NCBI GenBank assembly: GCA_963755125.1
Contig: CAVWIP010000012.1
Span: 224,001 to 288,000 of the forward strand
Direction of reading: 5' to 3'
Origin: an uncultured delta proteobacterium
GTDB lineage: Bacteria > Myxococcota_A > Polyangia > Fen-1088
Length of the DNA: 64,000 bases
Shown here one piece after another: positions 26,654-37,882 of this stretch; position 1 is the stretch's first letter; each line of letters starts with the position of its first letter. The position numbers and the translations under genes are program-made. The notes beneath the pieces were generated by a model. That model ran no database searches, was not told the origin of the DNA, and worked only from the letters and a program-made list of their open reading frames with translations.

Positions 26654-28957
26654 ATGTTCGAATCACCGCACGCGCCAACATATCATCTGTCAGAATCCCT
26701 GACCCGCGGGTTGAATCCGAGTCAGGTCGCGGCGGTGACCTATCCGGCAGAGCCTCTGCTGGTGATCGCCGGCGCGGGCTCGGGCAAGACCCGCGTGATC
26801 ACCTGCCGGCTGGCCCGCTTCCTGTCCGAGGGAGCCGACCGGCACCGCGTCCTGGCCGTGACCTTCACCAACAAGGCCGCGCGCGAGATGAAGGAACGCG
26901 TGGCGCGCCTGCTCGGGCACGAGGGAAGCGAGTTGCCCGGCATGTGGCTGGGCACCTTCCATGGCCTGTCGGCGCGGCTGCTGCGCCTGTATGGCGAGGC
27001 GGTGGGCATTCGCAAGGATTTCGTGATCTACGACGCGGACGATCAACGCCGACTCATGGCGCGCGTGCTGCACGACCTGAACATCTCCGAGAAGACATTC
27101 CCCGTGCGGCAGGTCGTGGCCATCATCGATCGCTGCCAGAACCAGGGAATCAGCGCGGCCAACTTTCCAGCCTCGAACCCGCTCGACGAGGTCATCGCCA
27201 AGGCCTACCGCAGCTACGAGCAGCGCCTCGCCGCGGCCAACGCGGTGGACTTCGGCGGACTTCTTCTCTGGGCCTTGCGTCTGGGCAGCCCCGACAGCTC
27301 GGTGGCCGCCACGCTGGCCGAGCGCTTCGACCACGTTCTGGTCGACGAGTTCCAGGACACCAACAGCGTACAGTACCGCCTGGTGCGGTTCCTTTCGCGC
27401 CGCACACGCAGCATCACCGTGGTGGGCGACGAGGATCAGTCCATCTACGGCTGGCGAGGCGCCGACATCCGCAACATCCTCGATTTCGAGCGTGACCATC
27501 CCGGCGCCGGCGTGATCAAGCTGGAGCAGAACTACCGCTCCTCGGGGAACATCTTGCGCGCGGCCAACGCCGTGATTGCGCCCAATACCGAGCGTCGGCC
27601 CAAGCGGCTCTTTACCGAGGCAAGCGCCGGAGATCCGGTCGTCGTGTTCGAGGGTGAGACGGAGCGCGAGGAAGCGGAGTACGTGGCCTCGACGGTGCAA
27701 GCCGGGCTGGACAAAGGTGCGGCGCCGCGCGACTTTGCCGTGTTCTACCGGACCAACGGTCAGTCGCGCGTGCTCGAAGAAGCTCTGCGCACGCGCAACC
27801 TGCCCTACATGGTGGTGGGAGGCACGCGCTTCTATGACCGCGCCGAGGTCAAGGACCTGATTGCGTACCTGCGCGTTTTGCAAAATCCCGACGACGCCGT
27901 GGGCCTGGGTCGCATCATCAACGTGCCTGCCCGCGGGATTGGCGACACGACTGTGGATCGCTTGTCGGCGGTGGCACGTGACCGAGGGGTCGGTCTGCAC
28001 GCCGCCCTGGAGATCGCTGCCTCCGAGCCGGGCATCTTGGGGCAGGGACCGCGCAACAAGGTGGCCGCATTCAGCGAGTTGTTGAAGTCCCTGCGCGCGG
28101 CCAAAGATTCGCTGACGCCCGCGGAACTCGCAGAGAAGGTTCTGGAGGACTCGGGCTATCGCGATCAGCTGGCAGCGGAAAACAGCATCGAGGCCGAGGG
28201 TCGTCTGGAGAACCTGATGGAGTTGGTGGCGCAGATGCGCGAGTACGAACGCGAGGCCGAAGAGCCCACGTTGGCGGAGTTCTTGGAACGCATCGCCTTG
28301 GCTTCCGACATGGACAGCTACGATCCTGAGAAGGGCGCGGTCGCTTTGATGACCGTGCACACGGCCAAGGGCTTGGAGTTTCCCGAGGTGCTGGTGGTCG
28401 GCTTGGAGGAGGGCGTGTTTCCCCACCAGCGCAGCATCGACGACGATTCCGCGGTCGAGGAAGAACGCCGCCTGTGTTACGTCGCGCTCACACGCGCGAT
28501 GAAGCGTCTGCACCTGTGTCGCGTGCGCTGGCGCCGGCTGTCGGGCCAGCAACTGGGCGGCGTGCCCAGCCGCTTCTTGGGCGATCTGCCGGCCGAGGTG
28601 ATCGACCATGTGATCACAGCGCGACCGGCGTACCACGACGAGAAAACCGAGGGCGCTGGCCCCTGGCAGGGTCGCTGGAACCGAGGCGAGCCGCCAGCAA
28701 CGGGGCGTGGACGTGGACTTGCCCGTCCCGCGCCCGCGGCCCAGTCCGGGACCATCACGCGACACTACGACCCAGGCATGGCGCGCGGAGAAGAGGGCGA
28801 GTTGGGCCTGCGCGTGGGCGGAAAGTTGCGACACGCGAAATTCGGCGTGGGCGAGGTGCGCGCATGGCAGTCGGTGGGCGACGATTTCAAGGTGACGGTT
28901 CGCTTTGCCAGCGTGGGCGTGAAGACGGTGATGGCAAAGTTCCTGCAAAAACTGTGA
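26654..28957 (+). CDS. pcrA: ATP-dependent DNA helicase UvrD/PcrA
   Basis: AGAGSGKT, VDEFQDTN, VGDEDQSIYGWRGA, LEQNYRS, TVHTAKGLEF, EERRLCYVALTRA and a C-terminal Tudor-like domain. Start uncertain. Confidence 0.93.
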   Translation: MFESPHAPTYHLSESLTRGLNPSQVAAVTYPAEPLLVIAGAGSGKTRVITCRLARFLSEGADRHRVLAVTFTNKAAREMKERVARLLGHEGSELPGMWLGTFHGLSARLLRLYGEAVGIRKDFVIYDADDQRRLMARVLHDLNISEKTFPVRQVVAIIDRCQNQGISAANFPASNPLDEVIAKAYRSYEQRLAAANAVDFGGLLLWALRLGSPDSSVAATLAERFDHVLVDEFQDTNSVQYRLVRFLSRRTRSITVVGDEDQSIYGWRGADIRNILDFERDHPGAGVIKLEQNYRSSGNILRAANAVIAPNTERRPKRLFTEASAGDPVVVFEGETEREEAEYVASTVQAGLDKGAAPRDFAVFYRTNGQSRVLEEALRTRNLPYMVVGGTRFYDRAEVKDLIAYLRVLQNPDDAVGLGRIINVPARGIGDTTVDRLSAVARDRGVGLHAALEIAASEPGILGQGPRNKVAAFSELLKSLRAAKDSLTPAELAEKVLEDSGYRDQLAAENSIEAEGRLENLMELVAQMREYEREAEEPTLAEFLERIALASDMDSYDPEKGAVALMTVHTAKGLEFPEVLVVGLEEGVFPHQRSIDDDSAVEEERRLCYVALTRAMKRLHLCRVRWRRLSGQQLGGVPSRFLGDLPAEVIDHVITARPAYHDEKTEGAGPWQGRWNRGEPPATGRGRGLARPAPAAQSGTITRHYDPGMARGEEGELGLRVGGKLRHAKFGVGEVRAWQSVGDDFKVTVRFASVGVKTVMAKFLQKL

Positions 28958-28969
28958 TCGGTGACCACC

Positions 28970-29452
28970 ATGGCATCAGAAAAACTTGAGGCGAACCGTC
29001 AGATGGTCGAGGCGGCCTTCGTGTGCGATTTCGTGCGTGTGCGCGAGTTGCTCGCTGCAGGCGCCGACCCGAACGCGCGCGATGCGGAGGGCCGCGCGCC
29101 TCTGCACCAGGCGGTGTTGGGTAACAGCGTCGGGTTGGTCGGGCTTCTTCTGGAGGCCAGGGCAGACCTGAACGCCGCCGACGAGCATGGCTGGACCCCG
29201 TTGCACTTCGCCGCCCAGGAATACCTGCCCGAGATCGCGCGCATCTTGCTGGCCAAGGGAGCCGACCCCAACGCCTGCGACGACGAGGGCTGTTCGGTGC
29301 TGTGGCGTGCGGTCTTCTCAGCGGCCGGCCGCTTCGATCTGGTTCGTCTCCTCTGCAAGAGCGGCGCCCGAGATGATCTCGCGAACCTCGAAGGCGTCGC
29401 CCCGCGGGCGCTGGCGGAAAGGCTGGGCTTCACGGTCTTCACCGCAATCTGA
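28970..29452 (+). CDS. Ankyrin repeat protein
   Basis: GADPNARD..GRAPLH and GWTPLHFAA repeats. Confidence 0.9.
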   Translation: MASEKLEANRQMVEAAFVCDFVRVRELLAAGADPNARDAEGRAPLHQAVLGNSVGLVGLLLEARADLNAADEHGWTPLHFAAQEYLPEIARILLAKGADPNACDDEGCSVLWRAVFSAAGRFDLVRLLCKSGARDDLANLEGVAPRALAERLGFTVFTAI

Positions 29453-29614
29453 GTCAGCCGGAGGCTCTTGCAGGTTCCCGGCCCCGCCAGGTTCTTCGAC
29501 AACACCCGCGTCACCCGCATCGCGAAGAAGGGCAGCTTCCTGCAGTCGGCGCGCGCGGGTGTACAGGGACACCGCCCTTCTGTGCGAGCGCCGCGGCTGT
29601 CATACTGATGGCCC

Positions 29615-31477
29615 ATGACCAGCGGCGACCCTGGCCAGCAGACTGCCCCGGCGGCCGCGTGGCCCTCGGGGAATGGCTATGTGCACCTTGCCGCTTTCCT
29701 GCTGTTGCTCTTGCACGCGGGCCTAGTGCTGCACGGGGCTTGCAAGAACGCGCCCGCCTTCGATGAAATGATCTACGCGCCAGCGGGTTACCTCACCCTG
29801 ACGCAAGGGAATCAGGATCTGAACCGCGAGCATCCCCCGGCCATGAAGCTGCTGCTTGGTGCGACCTGGCTGGGCGCGGGAATCAACGACCAAGCAATAC
29901 CTGCACGTGTGCACCCTTTCCTGGTCGGCCAGCGCCTTGTCTATGAAAGTCGAACGCCCGCCATGAGCCTGCTCTTGCGAGCACGGCTTGTCGTGCTGTT
30001 TCTGTCGCTGGGCACGGCGCTGGCCGTGTTTCTGTTGGCGCGACGCCTGGGAGGAACGCCGGCGGCGTTGGTCGCGCTGGCGCTTTATGCCCTGGATCCA
30101 TTGCTGGTGGCTCACGCCGGTTTGGCGACCCTGGATGTGGGGACGGCTGCCTTCTTCTTTCTGGCTGCTTGTGCCTTGGGCTGGGCGGTCGCGGGCGGCT
30201 GGGGAGAGCTGCTGGTGGCAGGCACGGTTCTCGGCGTGGCCCTGGCGTGCAAGTTGTCGACGCTACCTCTGCTGCTGGGGCTGTTCGCATTCGTCGTCCC
30301 AGCCTGTCGTCGGAAACTGCCGGGCTCGCGCTGGCTGACTGTGGTGAGGGGCACGGCCCTGCTCGGCGTGGCCTGCCTGGTGGTTTCTCTGCTTTGTTTG
30401 CCCGCGGGCCCGCGCGCATTTCTGGACGCCATTGCTTGGCAACGAGAGCACGCTCATGCCGGGCATCCGGCCTTTGCCCTGGGTCGCTACGGCGCGCAGG
30501 GCTGGTGGTGGTACTACCCGGTGGCTTGGCTGGTGAAGACGCCGCTGCCCTCGCTGGTCCTGATGTTGTCCGGGCTGGTGGCCATCGCGACGCATCTGCG
30601 ACGCGAGCCGCGCCTGCTGCTGCCGCATGCGGTTTCGTCGCTGGGATGCTTGGCGCTGGTGCTGGCTGGTGGAGTCGCCATCGGCGTGCGCAACTTGCTG
30701 CCGGTGGTTCCCCTTCTGTGCGTGGGTGGTGGATTGGCGGGCGCGCAGCTCTGGACGCAAGGGCGACGCTGGCGTTGGCTGGTTCCCTTGCTGCTGCTGT
30801 GGCTGGCGCAAGGGACGCTGGCAGCCCACCCTTCGGAGTTGTCGTTTTTCAATCAAGCCGTAGGCGGCATGGCCGCGGGTCCGCGCTTGCTGTCCGATTC
30901 CAACGTCGACTGGGGCATCGATCTGGCACGCATCCCCGCGGTGGTTGCTCGGCAGCCGCTGCGCCGCCTGTACCTGGCCTATTTCGGTTCAGCCCGTCCC
31001 GCGGCCCATGGCATTTCCCGCTACCAGTGGATGCCCGCCTACAACTTCGCGCCACGGCTGGCGGTCGACGGTTCCGACCCGCAAGGGCGCGAGTGGATCG
31101 CCATCAGCGAGACGACTTTGACCGGCGTGTATCCGCCCGGGCCTGATGCCTACGCATGGCTCGCCGACGTGGCCCCCACTGCGCGTGCCGGATCGAGCAT
31201 CTTGTTGTTCGACATCACGGGCGACAGCCAGGCCCACAAACGCCTGGGCCTTGCTGCGCTTGCCGCGGGCTCCTTTCCTTCGGCCATTGTCGCGTTGGAG
31301 CGCGCGCTGGAACTGGCTCCGCAGGATGCCGACGCAACCTTGGGCCTGGTGGTCGCCAATCTGCGGTTGAGTCAACATCAGAATGCTTGGAAGCTTTGCC
31401 TCGCGGCACCGGCTGCTCTTCTCCAGCACCCGGCGTGCGAGTCGGCGCGGAAGCTCGCATCGCAGGCGCTTCCCTAG
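29615..31477 (+). CDS. GT-C fold (ArnT/PMT-like) membrane glycosyltransferase with C-terminal TPR
   Basis: FDE, NREHPP, LATLD, DSNVDWG motifs and many TM helices. Confidence 0.8.
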   Translation: MTSGDPGQQTAPAAAWPSGNGYVHLAAFLLLLLHAGLVLHGACKNAPAFDEMIYAPAGYLTLTQGNQDLNREHPPAMKLLLGATWLGAGINDQAIPARVHPFLVGQRLVYESRTPAMSLLLRARLVVLFLSLGTALAVFLLARRLGGTPAALVALALYALDPLLVAHAGLATLDVGTAAFFFLAACALGWAVAGGWGELLVAGTVLGVALACKLSTLPLLLGLFAFVVPACRRKLPGSRWLTVVRGTALLGVACLVVSLLCLPAGPRAFLDAIAWQREHAHAGHPAFALGRYGAQGWWWYYPVAWLVKTPLPSLVLMLSGLVAIATHLRREPRLLLPHAVSSLGCLALVLAGGVAIGVRNLLPVVPLLCVGGGLAGAQLWTQGRRWRWLVPLLLLWLAQGTLAAHPSELSFFNQAVGGMAAGPRLLSDSNVDWGIDLARIPAVVARQPLRRLYLAYFGSARPAAHGISRYQWMPAYNFAPRLAVDGSDPQGREWIAISETTLTGVYPPGPDAYAWLADVAPTARAGSSILLFDITGDSQAHKRLGLAALAAGSFPSAIVALERALELAPQDADATLGLVVANLRLSQHQNAWKLCLAAPAALLQHPACESARKLASQALP

Positions 31478-31486
31478 AGCACCTGT

Positions 31487-33133
31487 TCACCGCGCGCAGG
31501 TCCGACCGGCTTCTCGCGTGCGTCGGACGAAGAGGATGCCAGCGCCGCTTCCCGCGCCCAGGAGCAGGAGGAGCACGATCCACCCCTCGGTTCGGTACTT
31601 GTCCGTCTCGTAGAGCCAATGGTCGACGCGGGCCCGGTCGTAGGTGGCCTTGGCGTCGATGGCGAGGCGGGTGTGGCGACGCCAGGGCGCATCCTCGGAG
31701 GCGCGCTTCCAGTCGTCGCCGAAAGGCACGTGCCGCGCCAGCCAGAGATGGCCGAGGATGGGCTGGAACGGACCCAGCCAGACTGTGGGATAGGTGTCCT
31801 CGAAGCAACCCTCGCAGAAACCGCCCTTGTCCGCGGTCAGGGATGCGATGCGGTTGGGAGAACCGAGCCACCGGGTGCGCACGTCGAGCCCGATGCGAAT
31901 GTAGTGGTCCCAGTAGAAGGCATTGCCCAGAAGTTGCACGCACAGGCCGACAGCCAGCACCGCGGCCGCCAGCACGCGCCCGGGCCGGCGCGCGGCGGAG
32001 AGAAAAGCGATGGCGGGAAGCAACAGCACGGGAACCGCGAAGACCGCGTAGCGCGGTCCCCAGGCCCAGTCACCCGGCCAGGAGGGAAAGCGGCAGTAGA
32101 ACAAGATGACCGGCACGACGGTGGCGAGCATGGCCAGCACGGTGCCGCGATGGCTGCGCCAGAAACGCGGCAAGCCGAGCACCGCGAGCAGCAGCGGTGG
32201 CGCGTAGAGAAAGATGCTCTTGCCCGGCGAGAACAGAAAGCCCCACAGGCTGACCAGGACGTTCTCCACCATCACATTGCTCACCTTGGGGTAGCCGGTG
32301 TTGGTGATCGAGCCGAAGCGGAGATAGTTGTAGAGCAAGGCCATGAGCAGTCCGGGCAAGAACCCCAGAGCTGCCGCGACCAGCGCCTCGGCCAGGGAAC
32401 GCAGCGCTTTCCGGTGCACCAGCACGACCAGCAGCAAGGCACCGGGGAACGACAGCGCGTAGACATACTTGGTATTGAGCAGCAGGCCGGCCCAGAGGCC
32501 GGTGGCCAGGGCCGTGCGTCGATCGAGTCGTTCCACGAGCTGGGAAAGCTCGAGAAAGAAGCCGGTGAAGCACGCGATCTGAGTGATCTCGCTGAAAGGA
32601 GAGCGGGCGTAGACCCAGACTATGCTCCCCGCCGCGAGCAGGATCGCCGCGAACCCGGCCAGGGGCGGCGAGGCACCGTGGCGCAAGCACAGACGGAAGA
32701 ACAACCACGCCACCAGCCCACCCAGCAGGGTGCCGGCCAGATGGCAGCCGAACACCGTCGACAAGTGCACCAGCTCGCGGCCCTGCCGCAGGTGCGAGAA
32801 CCCGCCGCGAAAGGCCGCGCCCGGCAGGTGAACCAGCGAAGGGATCCAGGGCTGGGCTGCATAGAAGCGGCCACCGCGGCCCGGTGGCGCATCCAAGGGC
32901 CAGCGGGTGGGCACCGCGACTCCCTGCAGGTTGACCATGGACTCGGCCACGTCGTAGATCGGCCGCGCGTCGCCCCAGGGCACCTCGCGGCTCATGCTCG
33001 CGAAGTAGAAACAGGTCACCGCCACGAACAGGTACACGCCCGGGCGCCAGCCGGAAACCGAGCGGACCGCGCGCCTGAGCAGACCCATTCCTCGCTCGAG
33101 GTTCAGCTTGGGCAGACTCACCGGGCGGTTCAC
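31487..33133 (-). CDS. Polytopic membrane protein, probable GT-C glycosyltransferase
   Basis: YARSPFSE, YNYLRFGSITNTGY, SPGKSIFLY and WAWGPRY motifs. Confidence 0.75.
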   Translation of the reverse strand: MNRPVSLPKLNLERGMGLLRRAVRSVSGWRPGVYLFVAVTCFYFASMSREVPWGDARPIYDVAESMVNLQGVAVPTRWPLDAPPGRGGRFYAAQPWIPSLVHLPGAAFRGGFSHLRQGRELVHLSTVFGCHLAGTLLGGLVAWLFFRLCLRHGASPPLAGFAAILLAAGSIVWVYARSPFSEITQIACFTGFFLELSQLVERLDRRTALATGLWAGLLLNTKYVYALSFPGALLLVVLVHRKALRSLAEALVAAALGFLPGLLMALLYNYLRFGSITNTGYPKVSNVMVENVLVSLWGFLFSPGKSIFLYAPPLLLAVLGLPRFWRSHRGTVLAMLATVVPVILFYCRFPSWPGDWAWGPRYAVFAVPVLLLPAIAFLSAARRPGRVLAAAVLAVGLCVQLLGNAFYWDHYIRIGLDVRTRWLGSPNRIASLTADKGGFCEGCFEDTYPTVWLGPFQPILGHLWLARHVPFGDDWKRASEDAPWRRHTRLAIDAKATYDRARVDHWLYETDKYRTEGWIVLLLLLGAGSGAGILFVRRTREAGRTCAR

Positions 33134-33190
33134 TCACGCAAGAATGCCTTCTCGCCCTGGGCGGGTCCAGTGTGACGGCTGGTCTGGCGG

Positions 33191-34282
<1,092 letters not shown>

Positions 34283-34302
34283 GGCGATCTCCTATTTGAA
34301 GG

Positions 34303-34983
34303 CTAGTGCTTGCCGGACTTGGGCACGGCGTGAAGTACGACCAATGGGTCGGACGCATCGGACCCCTGCGCATCGGGATGGTGGCCCATCTTGTGGCGCT
34401 TGACCGCCAGGTAGCCCGCGTTGTGCTGGTTCTCGCCCACCCAGTGTGAGACGCGGTCCACCACCATCACGCCGGCGTCTTCCAGTCCCTTGACCTTGAG
34501 CGGGTTGTTGGTCATGAGCCGCACCGAAAGCACGCCCAAGTCGCGCAGGATGGATCCTGCGATGTCGTAGGAGCGCTCGTCGGCTTCGAAGCCCAGCGCC
34601 AGATTCGCTTCCACCGTGTCGGCGCCGCTGGCCTGCAAGGCATAGGCGCGGATCTTGTTGCCCAACCCGATACCGCGGCCTTCCTGCCGGAGATAGACCA
34701 GCACGCCGGCGCCTTCGGCCGCGATCTTCTCCAGCGCGACGTGAAACTGCTCGCGGCAGTCGCACTTGAGCGACCCCATGACCTCCGATGTCCAGCATTC
34801 GGAATGCACGCGGGTCAGCACGTGGCCCCTGCCTTGGATGGGCCCGCGGACGATGGCCATGTGCTCCTGACACGGGTGGGCTGTTCCCGTCCCATTCTTG
34901 TCCCCCGACTCATGGTACACGAAGAGCCGAAACGGCCCGTGGACCGTCGGCAGATCGGCTTCGGCATATCGAACGAGCTTCAT
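34303..34983 (-). CDS. ribA: GTP cyclohydrolase II
   Basis: RVHSEC...SLKCDC, QEGRGIGL, LMTNNP. Confidence 0.95.
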   Translation of the reverse strand: MKLVRYAEADLPTVHGPFRLFVYHESGDKNGTGTAHPCQEHMAIVRGPIQGRGHVLTRVHSECWTSEVMGSLKCDCREQFHVALEKIAAEGAGVLVYLRQEGRGIGLGNKIRAYALQASGADTVEANLALGFEADERSYDIAGSILRDLGVLSVRLMTNNPLKVKGLEDAGVMVVDRVSHWVGENQHNAGYLAVKRHKMGHHPDAQGSDASDPLVVLHAVPKSGKH

Positions 34984-35109
34984 GGCAGTGAAGCGAGCAA
35001 GGTGGCTAAGCTACGAATGGGATCCGGCGTTGTCAACGCGCGTTCCTTCCGCAGTCTCCACCGTCGCGTCTTGCTTGCTCCGTCGGCGGATGTCATTCTT
35101 TCTAGTGAG

Positions 35110-35631
35110 ATGTCCATTCTTCCGATTCTGCATTTCCCCGACCAGCGCCTGCGTGAGACGTCGCGCGATGTCACTAGTTTTGATGACGAACTGAAGCGTT
35201 TGGTGGCGGATATGACGGACACCATGTACCTGGCCGAGGGCGCCGGACTGTCAGCCATCCAGGTCGGGGTTCCGCTGCGGCTCTTCCTAATCGACCCCGA
35301 GGTGGCGGGTCGACAGCCAACCGACCTGCCCATGGTCTTTATCAACCCCGAGATCATGCGCCTGTCCGCCGAGGCGCAGACCGGGGATGAGGGGTGTCTT
35401 TCGTTTCCCGGAATATTCGTGCCCGTGAAACGGGCCATGACCGCGGTGTTCAAGGCGCTCGATGTCGAGGGCAAGCCCTTCACGGTCGAGGGCAGCGGCC
35501 TCTTCGCACGGGCCATGCAGCACGAGAATGACCATCTCGCCGGCCGCTTGCTGATCGACATGGTGGGTCCGGTCAAGCGCCAGATCATCAAACGCAAGAT
35601 GCGCAAGGAAGCCGAGGTCGAGGCGACTTGA
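35110..35631 (+). CDS. def: Peptide deformylase
   Basis: GAGLSAIQVG, EGCLS, QHENDHL. Confidence 0.95.
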   Translation: MSILPILHFPDQRLRETSRDVTSFDDELKRLVADMTDTMYLAEGAGLSAIQVGVPLRLFLIDPEVAGRQPTDLPMVFINPEIMRLSAEAQTGDEGCLSFPGIFVPVKRAMTAVFKALDVEGKPFTVEGSGLFARAMQHENDHLAGRLLIDMVGPVKRQIIKRKMRKEAEVEAT

Positions 35632-35669
35632 AGGCGGGAACTGCAGCGGGCAAGAGCGCGGCCTAGCGG

Positions 35670-36044
35670 ATGCCCACGCTGGTTCTGTCCCGCATCAGTT
35701 TCGAGGCTCGCCACGGCGCCACCCCTGCCGAGCGCCGGTCCTTGCGCCGATTTGAAGTGGACATCGAGATCGATGCGCCGCTGGAGAAGGCCCAGTCCAC
35801 GGACCGCCTGACCGACACCATCGATTACCGACAGGTGGCCGAGATCATCGTGGGGATCGGGACGGGCAAGACCCACCATCTTTTGGAAGCCCTGGCTCGC
35901 GACATGATCAACGCACTGGTGGTGCGTCTTCCCGGGGTTGCCTTGCGCCTTGAGCTACGCAAGCTCAACCCACCGGACTGCCCGGGCCAGCCGGCCTGGG
36001 CCGCGGTTCGCATGGCGTATCCGGACGGCGAAAGAAAAGGCTGA
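35670..36044 (+). CDS. folB: Dihydroneopterin aldolase
   Basis: ARHG...ER...FEVD, TDRLTDTIDY, LLEALA. Confidence 0.9.
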   Translation: MPTLVLSRISFEARHGATPAERRSLRRFEVDIEIDAPLEKAQSTDRLTDTIDYRQVAEIIVGIGTGKTHHLLEALARDMINALVVRLPGVALRLELRKLNPPDCPGQPAWAAVRMAYPDGERKG

Positions 36045-36058
36045 TACCGTTTCTCCGT

Positions 36059-36487
36059 CTACTCGTCGCGGGCCACCTCAGCCCGCAGCGCTTTCTTGGC
36101 ACCCTGGGCGCGCTTGTCGGCCAGCATGCGCCGCTTGGCCCGGCGAGAGCGGCGCCGCTTCTGTCTCCGGATGCGTTCGCTCTCTTGCTGTTGCTGGCTT
36201 TGCCGGCCCAGCCGCGCGGCCTCGATGCGATCGGCCAGCAGCTTGCGTGCCAGGTACCGGTTGAGTCCCTGGGTGCGCTCCTGCTGGCACTTGACCGAGG
36301 TTCCAGTCGGCCGGTGCACCAGCACTACGCAGGTCGCCACCTTGTTCACGTTCTGCCCGCCCTTGCCGCCGGAGCGGACGAAGCTTTCCTCCAGATCATC
36401 TTCCTGGATCTGCAGCGTCGCCAGCCGTGCGCGCAGCGCATTGGCCTTCTCCGACGAAACCGGAAACAAGATCCCGGCGCCGCTCAC
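36059..36487 (-). CDS. GGQ peptidyl-tRNA hydrolase domain protein (ArfB/MTRFR-like ribosome rescue factor)
   Basis: FVRSGGKGGQNVNK, HRPTG..VKCQQER.Q..NR and a basic C-terminal tail. Start GTG 36487. Confidence 0.88.
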   Translation of the reverse strand: MSGAGILFPVSSEKANALRARLATLQIQEDDLEESFVRSGGKGGQNVNKVATCVVLVHRPTGTSVKCQQERTQGLNRYLARKLLADRIEAARLGRQSQQQQESERIRRQKRRRSRRAKRRMLADKRAQGAKKALRAEVARDE

Positions 36488-36864
36488 GGCTCGTCCTCGT
36501 CGCCCTCGGTGGTGCTGACGTCCTCCCAGAAACGATCCCACGCCTCGCTGGTCGAGGTCAGAGCAATGGCCATGCCCGGCGACAAGCTGCCCTCGCGGCT
36601 GCCTTCCAGGTCGGAGAAACAGCGCACCACCACCCCCACGGCAAACACGGCCTCGCCGCGCGGACCGAGGACGCGCACGCGCAGCAAAGTCCCCACCCGT
36701 CGCGTCTCGGGGCACGCCACGAACAGGCCGCCCCGGCTCACGTCCACGCTGCGGCCCAAGAAACTGCTGCCGATGTCCACGAGTTGCAGCCGCACCTGGA
36801 TCGAGCTGCGCCGTGATGCGCGACGCTCTTGCGGGACCGGCGGGGTCGGATCCTTGGGGGACAC
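36484..36864 (-). CDS. PilZ domain protein
   Basis: ERRASRR and DVSRGG motifs. Start uncertain. Confidence 0.8.
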   Translation of the reverse strand: MSPKDPTPPVPQERRASRRSSIQVRLQLVDIGSSFLGRSVDVSRGGLFVACPETRRVGTLLRVRVLGPRGEAVFAVGVVVRCFSDLEGSREGSLSPGMAIALTSTSEAWDRFWEDVSTTEGDEDEP

Positions 36865-36869
36865 CCGTG

Positions 36870-37835
36870 CTACTCCGCCGGCGCGTCGACTGCGTCTCTG
36901 GTCTTGCGGGCGTCCGCGGATCGGCCAGCCAGGATCTCCCTGAGGAAGTTCTTGGCCGCTTCGTCCCACACATCGCCGAAGGTCTGCGCGTAGCCCACGG
37001 CCTCCTCGCGGCTACCTGCCGTGGCTGCTCCCAGGTTGGCCGCGCGGGCGGGAATCCGGCCGAGCAGGGCCGCGCCGAAGTGGGAATTCGCATTGAGCGC
37101 CTGCAGGATCGCGGCATGGGCGGCAGCCCTATCACCCGCGGCCAAGCGGGCGATGCCCAGGCTCATGAACGCACGGCCTGCTCCGGCCTCTGACTTGCTG
37201 GCCACTTCCAGAACCTGCACGGCGTCGGCTGGCCGCTTGAGCTTGAGGAGTGCGGCGCCAGCGATGAGCCGGGCCTCGGTGCCCACCGCGCCCTCGTCCA
37301 CCACATACACGCGTTCGAGATCGGCCAACGCATCCTGGTAGCGTTCCTGATCGAAGGCCAAACACCCGAGGGCGTGGCTGGCGCGAAGGTACGCCTGCGC
37401 CTCCTTGCGCGAGAACGCGTCTTTGGCGCCCGACTCACGCAGCTCGGCGGCCAGTTTCTCCGAGACACGCAGAACCTCGTTAAACTCCTTGCGCGCAGCA
37501 TCTTGGTCGCCCGCTCGCAGGCGTGCCAGGCCGATGGCGACCAGGGCGTCCGCCCAGTCAGGCTTCAGCGCCAGGGCCGCGCGGAATTCCTTCTCGGCAG
37601 CCGCGGGCCTGCGCTGCTCGAAAAGCTGCCAGCCCGAGGCGAGCAGCTCGTCGGGGTCGGGCGCCTGGGGCGGCGCGGACGCAGCCGCCTGGTCGTCGGC
37701 CAGGTGGCATTTCTTGTACTTCTTGCCGGAGCCGCAGGCGCAGGGATCGTTGCGTCCGGTGCTGGCCAGACGGCCACGCGCGGCTTCGGTTTCTTCGTCT
37801 CGTTGGGTTTCTTGCTTCGCTGGCTTTGCAGTCAC
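36870..37835 (-). CDS. SEC-C motif + TPR protein
   Basis: GRNDPCACGSGKKYKKCH followed by TPR helices. Confidence 0.88.
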   Translation of the reverse strand: MTAKPAKQETQRDEETEAARGRLASTGRNDPCACGSGKKYKKCHLADDQAAASAPPQAPDPDELLASGWQLFEQRRPAAAEKEFRAALALKPDWADALVAIGLARLRAGDQDAARKEFNEVLRVSEKLAAELRESGAKDAFSRKEAQAYLRASHALGCLAFDQERYQDALADLERVYVVDEGAVGTEARLIAGAALLKLKRPADAVQVLEVASKSEAGAGRAFMSLGIARLAAGDRAAAHAAILQALNANSHFGAALLGRIPARAANLGAATAGSREEAVGYAQTFGDVWDEAAKNFLREILAGRSADARKTRDAVDAPAE

Positions 37836-37882
37836 GGGCGTAGTTTACCGATGACGGCCCCGGTTCGACAGTGGGAAGTCGC

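Noticed and set aside
29470..29560. Possible cyclophilin fragment (FFDNTRVTRIAKKGSFLQ)
   Set aside because: The similarity is too short and weak to support without a search.
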